Made by a program: the position numbers and the translations under genes | Assembly: GCA_000802045.1 (NCBI GenBank) | Contig: JUEF01000030.1 | Coordinates: forward strand, 11,767 to 75,766 | Direction of reading: 5' to 3' | Length of the DNA stretch: 64,000 nt | Source of the DNA: Peptococcaceae bacterium BICA1-8 | GTDB lineage: Bacteria; Bacillota; Peptococcia; Peptococcales; BICA1-8 | The notes under the pieces: model-generated | What the model was told of the DNA's origin: nothing | The model's input: only the letters and a program-made list of their open reading frames with translations | The model's database searches: none | Part shown: piece by piece, positions 18,359-26,942 of the stretch | Numbering within the stretch: position 1 is the first letter of the stretch | Layout: every line of letters begins with the position of its first letter

Positions 18359-19291
18359 TTGAAAAATGATAAATTAATTTTCCTATTAATGGTCTTAGCT
18401 ACTTTTTTTTGGGCAGGAGCCTTTATTGCGGGAAAATACGGGGTTCAAGAATTTTCTCCTCTATCTCTAACTTTCTTTAGGTTCTTATTAGCCTCTGTAA
18501 TCATTTTTATTATTATGGTTAAGTATGAACAAAAGGACTGGCATCTAAAAAAAGAAGATTGGAAGGTAGTATTATTTTTAGGAACTGTAGGAATGATTGG
18601 TTATCATATTCTTTTTTTTGCAGCCTTAAAATATACTACGTCAATAAATGCCTCGATTATTGCCGCAACCAACCCCATGATAACCTCGGTTTTAGCAGTC
18701 TCTTTCGCCGGAGAAAGATTAAATATTAAAAGGGTTGGGGCAATATTTATTGCCCTAATGGGGGTAATTCTGACTATTACGAATTGGGACTTAAACTTTC
18801 TAACTCATTTTACTTTTAATAAAGGTGATATTTTAATGCTGTTTGCCGTTGTCTGTTGGGCTAGTTATTCCGTTATCTCCAAAAGGGTAATGCCTAAATA
18901 TTCACCTTTGATTCTTTCTACCTATAGCTTTATTGTTTGTACTGTGCTTTTATTTCCCTTTGTTGTATGGGAACAGATCCAAACTAGCTTTTTAAGCTCC
19001 ACAACCTGGTCCGGCTGGACTTCAGTAATTTATATGGCAATATTCCCAACTGTGATCGGCTACCTTATCCAACAAATGTCTTTTAAAGCCCTTGGAGCCA
19101 GTAGGACTAATATTTTCATCAACCTTGTGCCTATTTTTTCCATTATTTTAGCTACCCTTATCTTGCACGAACAATTCTCCGGTTTAAAACTGATCAGTGC
19201 CGGAATAATCATTGGCGGAGTTTATCTTAACTCTGTTATCACTGAAAACCCTCGCCAAGAAAGTAATAAAAGTGGAGACACGTCAATTTAA
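18359..19291 (+). CDS. EamA/DMT family transporter
   Basis: 310 aa, 10 TM, two EamA repeats. TTG start after RBS TAAGGAG. Confidence 0.85.
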   Translation: MKNDKLIFLLMVLATFFWAGAFIAGKYGVQEFSPLSLTFFRFLLASVIIFIIMVKYEQKDWHLKKEDWKVVLFLGTVGMIGYHILFFAALKYTTSINASIIAATNPMITSVLAVSFAGERLNIKRVGAIFIALMGVILTITNWDLNFLTHFTFNKGDILMLFAVVCWASYSVISKRVMPKYSPLILSTYSFIVCTVLLFPFVVWEQIQTSFLSSTTWSGWTSVIYMAIFPTVIGYLIQQMSFKALGASRTNIFINLVPIFSIILATLILHEQFSGLKLISAGIIIGGVYLNSVITENPRQESNKSGDTSI

Positions 19292-19355
19292 AGGAATGGG
19301 GACACACCTCTATTTTGATAGGTCTGCGTGCTGAGGAATGTCCCCAAATATAAAA

Positions 19356-19381
19356 ATCGCCCCAAACGAGGGCGATTTTTT
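19356..19381. terminator. bidirectional rho-independent terminator
   Basis: aaaaATCGCCCcaaacgaGGGCGATttttt lies between convergent genes (EamA on plus, cupin on minus). Confidence 0.75.
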
Positions 19382-19406
19382 GATTGCTACTTATGAATCC
19401 GACAAA

Positions 19407-19440
19407 ACCACTAGTCACCAGTCACTAGTCACTAGCCACT
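19407..19440. repeat. ACTAGT-containing heptamer array
   Basis: accactagtcaccagtcactagtcactagccact. Confidence 0.8.
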
Positions 19441-19443
19441 TTT

Positions 19444-19764
19444 TTACAGATAGTCTTCCCGTACGGGTGAAAATACTTCAACTACTACAGAATCCTCTAA
19501 TACATCAACACTATGTACTGCCCCTCCAGGTATTGCCCAACTATCCCCTGGCTTTGCGCTAAATTCATTCCCATCAATTTTAAAAACCATACTGCCAGAA
19601 ATCATATAGCCCGTTTGCTCGTGGGGATGGCTATGCTCAGGAATTATACTCCCCTTATCTAAAAATACTTCAATTAGTAACGTTTTTTCCCCATGAGCCA
19701 AAGTCTTTCTTTTTACCCCCTCAACCATAGGAATAAAGCCTCTTTTTTCATTTTTAACGAACAT
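19444..19764 (-). CDS. cupin domain protein
   Basis: 106 aa with the cupin_2 motifs HSHPHEQTGY and GDSWAIPGGAVH. Confidence 0.8.
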   Translation of the reverse strand: MFVKNEKRGFIPMVEGVKRKTLAHGEKTLLIEVFLDKGSIIPEHSHPHEQTGYMISGSMVFKIDGNEFSAKPGDSWAIPGGAVHSVDVLEDSVVVEVFSPVREDYL

Positions 19765-19845
19765 AAATATCCCTCCTATATATAATCTAAGATATTATTT
19801 CGGTATCCCAACTTCACTCTCCTTTAAAAACAAATACCAATATTT

Positions 19846-19888
19846 AACCACAGATCCTCCGAGGCATACGGTTAAAGAATAAAATAAA
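19846..19888. repeat. degenerate copy of the AACCACGG...CACGGT element
   Basis: aaccacagatcctccgaggcatacggttaaagaataaaataaa aligns with 48853-48900 and 51837-51884. Confidence 0.5.
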
Positions 19889-20035
19889 GACTAGAAATTA
19901 CGCTTCGCTAGATTTAACTTGAAAAAATACTAACGAAATGAAATGTAGTGAAATCTTAATCTAACGAAGTGAAATCTGAGTCTTTTATTATTTAACCTTA
20001 ACCTAGCGAAACGAAGTGGAGCGAAACCTTAACCT

Positions 20036-20062
20036 AAAAAGCCAGCCCGCGGGCTGGCTTTT
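20036..20062 (-). terminator. rho-independent terminator of the trpP-like gene (bidirectional shape)
   Basis: aaaaaGCCAGCCCgcGGGCTGGCtttt directly after the stop at 20067. Confidence 0.7.
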
Positions 20063-20066
20063 GAAA

Positions 20067-20600
20067 TTACTTAGTTATTTCCTGGGGTCTTCCCCTCTCT
20101 ATCACCTGTTTACTAAAGGTAACAAGAGGATAAAGTACTACTACCCCTATAGTATTTGCAATTGTTGCAGGTAAGACAACTGTTGCATAAAGGATTTCAA
20201 AGGGTGCGGGAATGCCTACTAAGGCTAAAGCTGAAAGCAAGAATACAGCTCCACTAAACAAGGTACCTAAAGCACCGATAATTCCTGCAGTTACAAGAAC
20301 AGGCACTCTACTTTTTGCAAGAATTTTAATCAGCATATATACAAACAAACTTGTTAAAGGTTTATCAATTAGGTTAGGAATTTGCCCCGCAGGAAAAGTT
20401 GTAGTTAGAGCACAGATAATTCCCGCTACACTACCTGCCAAAAGGGTTGATCTCAAATCCTTTTTTAATAGGATAATCACAAACAACATTGCTAAAAGTA
20501 AATCCGGCTTCATTCCAGCTCCATAACCAGGAGTAATTAAACGCAAAATAAAACCAATCGCCAGTAATAAACTGATTTGGGCCATTTCTCTAATATTCAT
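20067..20600 (-). CDS. trpP: TrpP-like tryptophan transporter (ECF-S-like membrane protein)
   Basis: 177 aa. GMKPDLLLAMLF and FPAGQIPNLIDKP segments as I recall them from B. subtilis TrpP/YhaG. Supported by the (G/U)AG triplet array in its leader. Confidence 0.65.
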   Translation of the reverse strand: MNIREMAQISLLLAIGFILRLITPGYGAGMKPDLLLAMLFVIILLKKDLRSTLLAGSVAGIICALTTTFPAGQIPNLIDKPLTSLFVYMLIKILAKSRVPVLVTAGIIGALGTLFSGAVFLLSALALVGIPAPFEILYATVVLPATIANTIGVVVLYPLVTFSKQVIERGRPQEITK

Positions 20601-20610
20601 TTTAACTTTT

Positions 20611-20714
20611 CTCCTCTCATCTCTTCTAGACTCAACTTACTAAACTAGCTAATTTACATATCAAACTTCTCATCTAACTTACTATTCTCATCTCAACTCA
20701 ACTTTTCTCGTCTA
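20611..20714 (-). promoter_or_regulatory. (G/U)AG triplet-repeat array: candidate TRAP (MtrB) binding site overlapping the SD
   Basis: The leader RNA has 16 GAG/UAG triplets. One run is GAG-uc-UAG-aa-GAG-au-GAG-ag-GAG, ending inside the AGGAG SD 10 nt before the ATG. Another is GAG-uu-GAG-au-GAG-aa-UAG. Confidence 0.55.
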
Positions 20715-20734
20715 GCATCACTCCTGTTTATTTT

Positions 20735-20767
20735 AGTTACTTGTGACTAGTTACTAGTGACTGGTGG
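20735..20767. repeat. ACTAGT-containing heptamer array
   Basis: agttacttgtgactagttactagtgactggtg, with related cagtgtccagtgaccag at 20808-20824. Confidence 0.75.
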
Positions 20768-20892
20768 GTTATTGAGGGTAAAATCTTAGGGTATCGTGCC
20801 CAGTTCTCAGTGTCCAGTGACCAGAAATAAATAACTTATTTAATAATATAACTCTAAATGGTTGTTTTTGCAATACATAATTTATAACAATC

Positions 20893-20919
20893 GGGCAGGC
20901 ATGGAAACCTGCCCCTACA
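20893..20919. repeat. GC hairpin ending CCCCTACA (CATGGAAAC-loop variant)
   Basis: gggcaggcatggaaacctgcccctaca. Same family as 56808-56834. Confidence 0.8.
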
Positions 20920-20965
20920 ATTAATATAAATCCTTCAACCTAACATCCTTACCCAAAAAAATAAC

Positions 20966-20989
20966 GGACGCGCAATGCGCGCCCCTACA
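20966..20989. repeat. GC hairpin ending CCCCTACA (CAATG variant)
   Basis: ggacgcgcaatgcgcgcccctaca. Same family as 44954-44977 and, inverted, 58767-58788. Confidence 0.8.
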
Positions 20990-20992
20990 TGT

Positions 20993-21334
20993 TTACATTT
21001 GTGGATACCACAGCTCTACTGCTTCGGAAATTATTTTTTGGATATCACCCAAAACCCTGCCCAGATGGTATTCGGCCTCTAAAAAGTCTTTTATAGCAGG
21101 ATTTAAATTCAAAACTTCAGAGGCCTTTTCCAATTCTGCCATTTTTTCTGGTGGTACTTCCTTGCCCATCATTTGCAGTGCCTGAATTTCCATCTGTTTT
21201 TTCCGCAAGTCTGTTAAAATCTTTTCTTTATCTTTACTCCCTTTTATTTTACTTAATGCCTCTTGATAGTTCTTGTATTCCGCGGAACTATTAAGTCCCC
21301 TTGAAAGATTATGGGCTAAGTCATGGACATTCAT
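20993..21334 (-). CDS. YlbF/YmcA family protein
   Basis: Start at MNVHDLAH (RBS GGAGGG 9 nt upstream). Helical 113-aa protein matching the YlbF/YmcA (UPF0342) pattern. Confidence 0.65.
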   Translation of the reverse strand: MNVHDLAHNLSRGLNSSAEYKNYQEALSKIKGSKDKEKILTDLRKKQMEIQALQMMGKEVPPEKMAELEKASEVLNLNPAIKDFLEAEYHLGRVLGDIQKIISEAVELWYPQM

Positions 21335-21520
21335 GTATAAAACCCTCCCCAATTATTAACTAGTTTTAATATATGTATTACTTAAAAATTGGTTCAACAC
21401 TCTTTTCGAAAATCCTCTTTTTAAGTAGCTATTAGGTAAATAGAACATCCTTATTTAAAAATAAAAGAAAATAAGTTGATATAATAATATAAAGAGTTAA
21501 AATAGTTTATATGTACCTAT

Positions 21521-22477
21521 ATGCGTCTTTTTGAGGAGTTTAAAAACATGAATATTTCACCCAATATTTTATTAGTTCTGGCTCCCCTCTTTTGGAGTCT
21601 TAATTTTTTAATCGGCAAAGCTATTGCTGGAGTAATACCTCCCGGTGCCATGACTTTATTTCGTTGGCTTATCACAATTATTATTATATTGCCCTTCTAC
21701 CGGAAACAATTAGTTCTAGATAAAAAGGTCTTTTTAACCCACTGGCCTTTAATCCTGATTTTTGGCCTTACAGGATATTTTATTAATAGTGCTGGGGCAT
21801 TTCTGGCCGTAACCTACACAACGGCAATTAATGCTGCATTCATTGCCGCCCTTAATCCAATTGCCTTTGCAGTTATCTCTTTTATTTTTTTCAAGGAGAG
21901 AATATCAAATATGCAGGTAATAGGGATAATTATTTCTTTGGTAGGAGTAATGTGGATACTCTTTAAGGGTGATATTCTTAACATCTTATCTTTGAAAATA
22001 AACATAGGTGATGGTTTTATGCTAATTTCAGTCTTAAGCTGGGCCGTTTATTCCACTGTTTTAAAGAAGAAAGGTACTATCTTCCCTTTGAATACCCTCT
22101 TTCCCGCTATGGTCTTAGGTGGCATATTAGTTAGCCTGCCCTACTTTATTGGAGAAGCCATTTTTACTGGTGTAGACTGGTTGAAAAACCTTGATCCTAA
22201 GCATTACCTAAGTATCTTAGCTGTGGGTATATTTCCCTCTTTTTTAGCCCTTTACAGTTGGAATACAGCTTTACAGACTGTTTCCTCCAACCATGCAGCT
22301 ATTTTTCTTAATTTAATTCCTGTTTTTACAACTATCTTATCCATACTTATTCTAGGAGAGCAGTTTGTTTTCTACCATGTTATTGGCGGACTATTAATAT
22401 TTTCAGGTGTAGTTATGGTCACAAATGACCAATTTTTTAGAAATAAATTAAAAGAAAGGTTTGCCACAAATGAGTGA
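21521..22477 (+). CDS. EamA/DMT family transporter
   Basis: 318 aa, 10 TM, duplicated EamA domains. The start may be the internal MNISPN. Confidence 0.85.
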   Translation: MRLFEEFKNMNISPNILLVLAPLFWSLNFLIGKAIAGVIPPGAMTLFRWLITIIIILPFYRKQLVLDKKVFLTHWPLILIFGLTGYFINSAGAFLAVTYTTAINAAFIAALNPIAFAVISFIFFKERISNMQVIGIIISLVGVMWILFKGDILNILSLKINIGDGFMLISVLSWAVYSTVLKKKGTIFPLNTLFPAMVLGGILVSLPYFIGEAIFTGVDWLKNLDPKHYLSILAVGIFPSFLALYSWNTALQTVSSNHAAIFLNLIPVFTTILSILILGEQFVFYHVIGGLLIFSGVVMVTNDQFFRNKLKERFATNE

Positions 22478-22494
22478 ATTATTTGTAAAGTAGG

Positions 22495-22525
22495 GACTAT
22501 AGACAATAGACTATAGACTATTGTC
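22495..22525. repeat. CTATAGA-type repeat / hairpin between convergent genes
   Basis: GACAATAGactatagaCTATTGTC stem-loop. It overlaps the last codons of ORF 22511..23539. Confidence 0.7.
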
Positions 22526-23539
22526 GGTAGCGGATATGATATCTTGAAATAGACCAGCTCCGCCTTCTTCTACCACGTTATAAACATTAACGGAAACCTT
22601 ACTGGCGATTTCCTGATAAAGCTTCTCCTTATTAACATAGGATGCTTCATAATCATCACTATTAAACCGGTATTTAGGATAGTAGGGATTAATGGTAAGA
22701 GCTATAATCTTGATATGTTTTCTTACTCCTATTTCTATTCCCTTTTGCTTAAGTTGAGCAAAAACATTATGTATTTTGTTTATATCACCAATAACCATAA
22801 GTTTTATGGGGTCAGGGAAAATTAATTTTTTCCCCGAAAGTTTCTCTGCTTTCTCTACCAAATACATTAAGCTCTTCTCACCTATTACCCCTTTAATATA
22901 AACAGTACTGACCTTCTCTAATTGGCTAAGTAATTCATCTACTTCATCACTGCTTAATATTGAATTTAAGCTGACAGTATTATGCTCAATATCTAAAACA
23001 GGATAACTAAAAACCTCTACCATACAATGGGTTTCAAAAGCGAGGTCACTTATTTTACTTTTCCGAGCAGCCCCAGTTGTCAGTATTAATCCCTCAACCT
23101 CAACCATAGGTGCAATCCTATTAAGAGCACCGTCAACTATAATCAAATTTAGATTATGTTGGCGTAGCTTATTTAATACCTGTCTTAGTTCACTGCTTTT
23201 ATTAGGTCCGGCAACGACCAGTCTACCCCCCTTAGTTACCTTGCCCAAGATAATCTTCCCTAATGGAGTAGCAAATTTCGTTACCTCCAAGACCTCTACT
23301 TCTGCAGTGCTAACCTTCAAGCATTTTTCAGCTACGGCCACCAAAACCCCGGGCCAAACTTCGATTTTTGGTTTAGGAAGACCAGTAACATTATCTATGT
23401 CTTCACCATCATAACCGATACTAGTCAGACCCAAGTTTAGCTTCTCATTTTTTTTAACCTCTGCCATTATGAAGGAGGTTGTTGTTGTTTTTCCTGTATT
23501 TTTAGCTGTCCCAGCTATTCCAATAATAATTGTCTGCAT
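22511..23539 (-). CDS. P-loop NTPase of unknown function
   Basis: N-terminal Walker A GIAGTAKNTGKTT. 342 aa. Start lies 3 nt after the stop of the upstream mutase-like gene. Confidence 0.5.
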   Translation of the reverse strand: MQTIIIGIAGTAKNTGKTTTTSFIMAEVKKNEKLNLGLTSIGYDGEDIDNVTGLPKPKIEVWPGVLVAVAEKCLKVSTAEVEVLEVTKFATPLGKIILGKVTKGGRLVVAGPNKSSELRQVLNKLRQHNLNLIIVDGALNRIAPMVEVEGLILTTGAARKSKISDLAFETHCMVEVFSYPVLDIEHNTVSLNSILSSDEVDELLSQLEKVSTVYIKGVIGEKSLMYLVEKAEKLSGKKLIFPDPIKLMVIGDINKIHNVFAQLKQKGIEIGVRKHIKIIALTINPYYPKYRFNSDDYEASYVNKEKLYQEIASKVSVNVYNVVEEGGAGLFQDIISATDNSL

Positions 23540-23541
23540 AG

Positions 23542-25359
23542 TTAACTTTCCTGTACTGTATTACGCCCTGCTCTACCAGGATATGCACCCTCTTCTCTGG
23601 TTCCCAATAAACCATCATAAAGGGCTTGTACAAAATCTCCCTTGGCTAGAACCTGTTTTAAGACCTCCTCAATACCTTTAACTATCTCATTTTGCCATTG
23701 TTCTGCTTTAGAAGTTGGCTTAATTCCTGCATTTCCTAAAAATCTAAAGCTTTCCTCGACCCCTCTTAGGGTATCAATTTTAGAGGGAACACTTATAGGG
23801 CCACCGGAGTAGGCCTCGTCAGCAGAGGCAATAGAAATAGCATCCACTCCTAAGGCTGTTGCCAGTAAAGCATGTAAGGAAGTAGCCATACTTGATTGTA
23901 CTCTATCTTCAGTCTGAGTTAAAAATCCAATGGGTGCTCCAGGCCAGATAGGTGCATCTATGATACTTCTTAGGGCATAGATTTTGGCTGCATTAAAATC
24001 GATATAGTTGTCCTCCATCTGCCCACCAATCATCATTTCCGGTGAATAAGCAAATAAAGGCTGTAAAATTGGTCTTGATCCTAGCTTTATGGCTAAATCA
24101 GCCATAATCAGCATCCCGGCAAAGGCTTTATAAGCAGGAACTCCAGTTAGTTCCTCATTAGTAACAATATCAAACGGCATTTTATATTTGGTTGCATATT
24201 TAATAGCACTGAACCCGTCTACGGTAAGCCGTGCAGGATCGGTGCCTGCAGCTAATGAACCATAGCAAACATTGATTTTTGTGAAATCAGCACCAATTTT
24301 TCCTGCTAAAACTACTGTCTCCGGTGTATTAAGACCTCGATGGGCACGCACCTGCCACAGGGTTGATTTTTCTAAAGACTGATAAATTCTAGCTAAATTA
24401 TTGGGTGTAATTACTGTACCATCCTCCTGATGTGTCAAATCCCCGCCTAAAAAACCCTCCGTCCTAGCACCCCAGGAGGGATCAAAATGGACAACTCCAT
24501 CAGCACCCCAAGACTCACTGACTTTAATATGGCCAATATCCATAAAGGGACATCCTGTTCCATATTGATTCCATACCACTGGTAATTTTCTCGTATGCTG
24601 AAGTTTTTTAACCTTCATTTTCTCTTTTATTTCAGTAATAAACTTCTGATAATTTTCCAGCTCTTCTTTCGTCAACTCTCTGGTTTTAGGATGAATTTTC
24701 CCTTGCAAGTAATATTCCTTAGGTACCTGATCGCAAAGCTCCGGATATTTTTTTAGGAACTCTTGGCTTTCCTGCATTTTGAGAAAAGACTGGTAATCCC
24801 ACAATTCTTCCCTGAGTTTAGCACGTTCCACTCCTGGTGAGGTTTTATTACTAGCCCAGGAAATAATTTGCTGGGAAATCTTATCTAAGAGGTTTCCTAT
24901 AGTTTGATTTACATATGTATATTTGTACGGCGCTGTAAAATCTGTTTTTTCTTTTTTGATTATAGTTTCCTCGGGATTATATTCTCTACCCTCAACAAAG
25001 GCCACTGCCTCTTCAACAGTAGTACCCGGCCCAAAACCGGCATCAAAGCCTAACTCTGCAGCCAATTCTTGACGAATAGCCATACCCCCTATACCAATTT
25101 TAACCTTTTCTCTTAAACCAGCTGCATCAGCTAAATCCACAAATCGGGCTAATAGCTCAGCAACTCCATATCCTAAGGTCCTACTTAATAATAAAGTATT
25201 ATAGTTTTCATCTAAGGCAATGCGAATAATTTCCTCGGGGGGAGTATCAGGTGGTAAAAGCCGAGTTTCTAAGCCTGATTCTTCCAAACCTCTTTTAATC
25301 ATTTTTAACCCAATATCATGAACAGGATCTAACGGTGCTAAAAGTACCTTTCTTTCCAT
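23542..25359 (-). CDS. B12-binding-like domain fused to an aminomutase/mutase-type TIM-barrel domain (putative cobalamin-dependent mutase)
   Basis: The N-terminal ~130 aa have the Rossmann layout of B12-binding domains but DPVHDIG instead of DxHxxG. The C-terminal part has RTEGFLGG... reminiscent of the lysine/ornithine aminomutase large subunit. Confidence 0.4.
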   Translation of the reverse strand: MERKVLLAPLDPVHDIGLKMIKRGLEESGLETRLLPPDTPPEEIIRIALDENYNTLLLSRTLGYGVAELLARFVDLADAAGLREKVKIGIGGMAIRQELAAELGFDAGFGPGTTVEEAVAFVEGREYNPEETIIKKEKTDFTAPYKYTYVNQTIGNLLDKISQQIISWASNKTSPGVERAKLREELWDYQSFLKMQESQEFLKKYPELCDQVPKEYYLQGKIHPKTRELTKEELENYQKFITEIKEKMKVKKLQHTRKLPVVWNQYGTGCPFMDIGHIKVSESWGADGVVHFDPSWGARTEGFLGGDLTHQEDGTVITPNNLARIYQSLEKSTLWQVRAHRGLNTPETVVLAGKIGADFTKINVCYGSLAAGTDPARLTVDGFSAIKYATKYKMPFDIVTNEELTGVPAYKAFAGMLIMADLAIKLGSRPILQPLFAYSPEMMIGGQMEDNYIDFNAAKIYALRSIIDAPIWPGAPIGFLTQTEDRVQSSMATSLHALLATALGVDAISIASADEAYSGGPISVPSKIDTLRGVEESFRFLGNAGIKPTSKAEQWQNEIVKGIEEVLKQVLAKGDFVQALYDGLLGTREEGAYPGRAGRNTVQES

Positions 25360-25599
25360 CTATTTTCCCTCCCCGCTAGTGAACAGCCAACCGTATTTAT
25401 CTCCCGACCTATGAAGGTATGCTCTAGCTCTAATCCTAGCGCCAGGTCCGATAAATTCAATAAATACTAGGTCTACATCGTCAAAGCCTAAATTCTTCAT
25501 CATCTCTAGAGCTATTCCTTTGCCTTGATCCTCACTGTCACAAACTATAAAGGTTTCTACATCCAGCGCATCCATAACCTTTTCCATAAGCTTAGCCAA
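25360..25599 (-). CDS. small protein of unknown function, first gene of the mutase-like operon
   Basis: Probable TTG start with RBS AAGGGGGA. The longer listed ORF would abut the divergent ORF at 25741 with no room for a promoter. Confidence 0.35.
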   Translation of the reverse strand: MAKLMEKVMDALDVETFIVCDSEDQGKGIALEMMKNLGFDDVDLVFIEFIGPGARIRARAYLHRSGDKYGWLFTSGEGK

Positions 25600-25740
25600 A
25601 ACCGAATCCCCCTTTTTTGAATGGCTTTGCCATTGACATTTTGTATAGCCTATTAGAATAAATATTTTTCTTTGTAAAGTTTTCCCCTTAATTGGAATAA
25701 ACATGTGGCAAGTAATGAAAAAATGAGGTGAAGACATGGG

Positions 25741-26381
25741 GTGAAAACCAATGAGTTTATTATTTTAGAGAAGATTCCGCTAGACGAGATAATCAACATT
25801 ACCTGCCAAATGGCTCACAAAGTTGATGATATTGCAGAATATAGTGTTTTGCAGTTAAAACCCAAATCTATTCAAGAATTGCCAAACTTCTGGGGAATAG
25901 TAGTAAAGACAAAAAAAGATATGGGCCTTTTTACAATTGTTCTCAAAAATGCCGGACTAAAAGAACCTTTAATGCTAGAACCTTTATTAGAAAAAAATTT
26001 AGTTATTGAATATCAAAAACTAGGTAGAGTTTTACCACCTCTGGTAACAAAAAGTATGCAGAAAATTATGATTATAGTGGACGGCTTTTGGATATGTTTA
26101 GAGCATATTTAATCTCCACTTTAAAAGAAGCTGGTTGTGAGGTAAGTATTTCCGGACCCTTTTCTATAAAATGGTTGGATAATCTAAGCTTAACGCAGGC
26201 TGATAAAATAATACCCATAGATACCTTTACTTCCTTAAGCAAAGAAATAATAAGCTCTGATGCCGATACATTAATCAGCCTAAACACACCCCTCTGGCAA
26301 AGAAAAATTACATCTCTGATGTGGTCTCAGAAAATAAATAAGTATCTTATAACAGTGAATAATCAATGGCTGGATAGCTAA
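25741..26381 (+). pseudogene. hypothetical gene split by a frameshift at a T-run
   Basis: ORFs 25741..26112 and 26088..26381 overlap. Reading ...KIMIIVDGF then shifting at ggcTTTTgg continues as LDMFRAYLISTLKEAGCEV.... Confidence 0.35.
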
Positions 26382-26455
26382 TGGGCAGACATCGGGGGTC
26401 GGTGACCAGGGACCGGTGCCCGGTGTTCAGGGGACAGTTACTTTGGGGGCATATT

Positions 26456-26817
26456 ATTGCGTCTGATAGTTGCTATTTGGTTAATTTGTTGCGTCTGACA
26501 TTACTTCTTCGTTAAATTGTTGCGTCTGATTTACTTTGGGGCCATTCTCTTGCTTCTGACAAGTATTGTCATTGCGAAGGCGTTAACCTGTGGCAATCTC
26601 TGGGTCGGAGATCGCCACGCTACGCTCGCGATGACAGGATCACTAATGCGAACTAGGAAAGGAGATATACCTGCAAAAGCGCAGGAATATCCCCTTTATT
26701 GTGCGGTTAATTTGGGGGCAAAACTTTGCGTCTGACTAATACTGATTGGTTATTTGTTACGTCTAATCGGTTATCTAATTGGTCTAATAGTACTTCTAAG
26801 TGAGCATTTGCGTCTAA
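26456..26817. repeat. phased array of TTGCGTCTGA-type motifs (31-32-bp period)
   Basis: Copies start at 26456, 26488, 26519 and 26550, then 26725, 26756 and 26806. GTCATTGCGA...TCGCGATGAC inverted segment at 26568-26634. Confidence 0.7.
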
Positions 26818-26942
26818 TAAATTTTAATATTACAAAAAGATAAATACAGCATACAAAAAAGCTTGATTTAACACCGTTTTCATATATAAATCGTTGTAAC
26901 ATATTCGAAATATCATAGTATTTTTATATTACGGAGTAATAT

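Noticed and set aside
20715-20990. T-box leader upstream of the trpP-like gene.
   Set aside because: No T-box sequence (AAUUAGGGUGGUACCGCG-like) or specifier-loop architecture is present. The region is filled by dispersed repeats, and the triplet array explains the leader better.
26456-26817. Possible CRISPR array, given regularly spaced repeats.
   Set aside because: The conserved unit is only about 10-11 nt with a roughly 31-bp period. The intervening sequence is itself partly conserved, the copies degenerate quickly, and no cas genes or leader are present. It fits a phased tandem or iteron-like repeat better.
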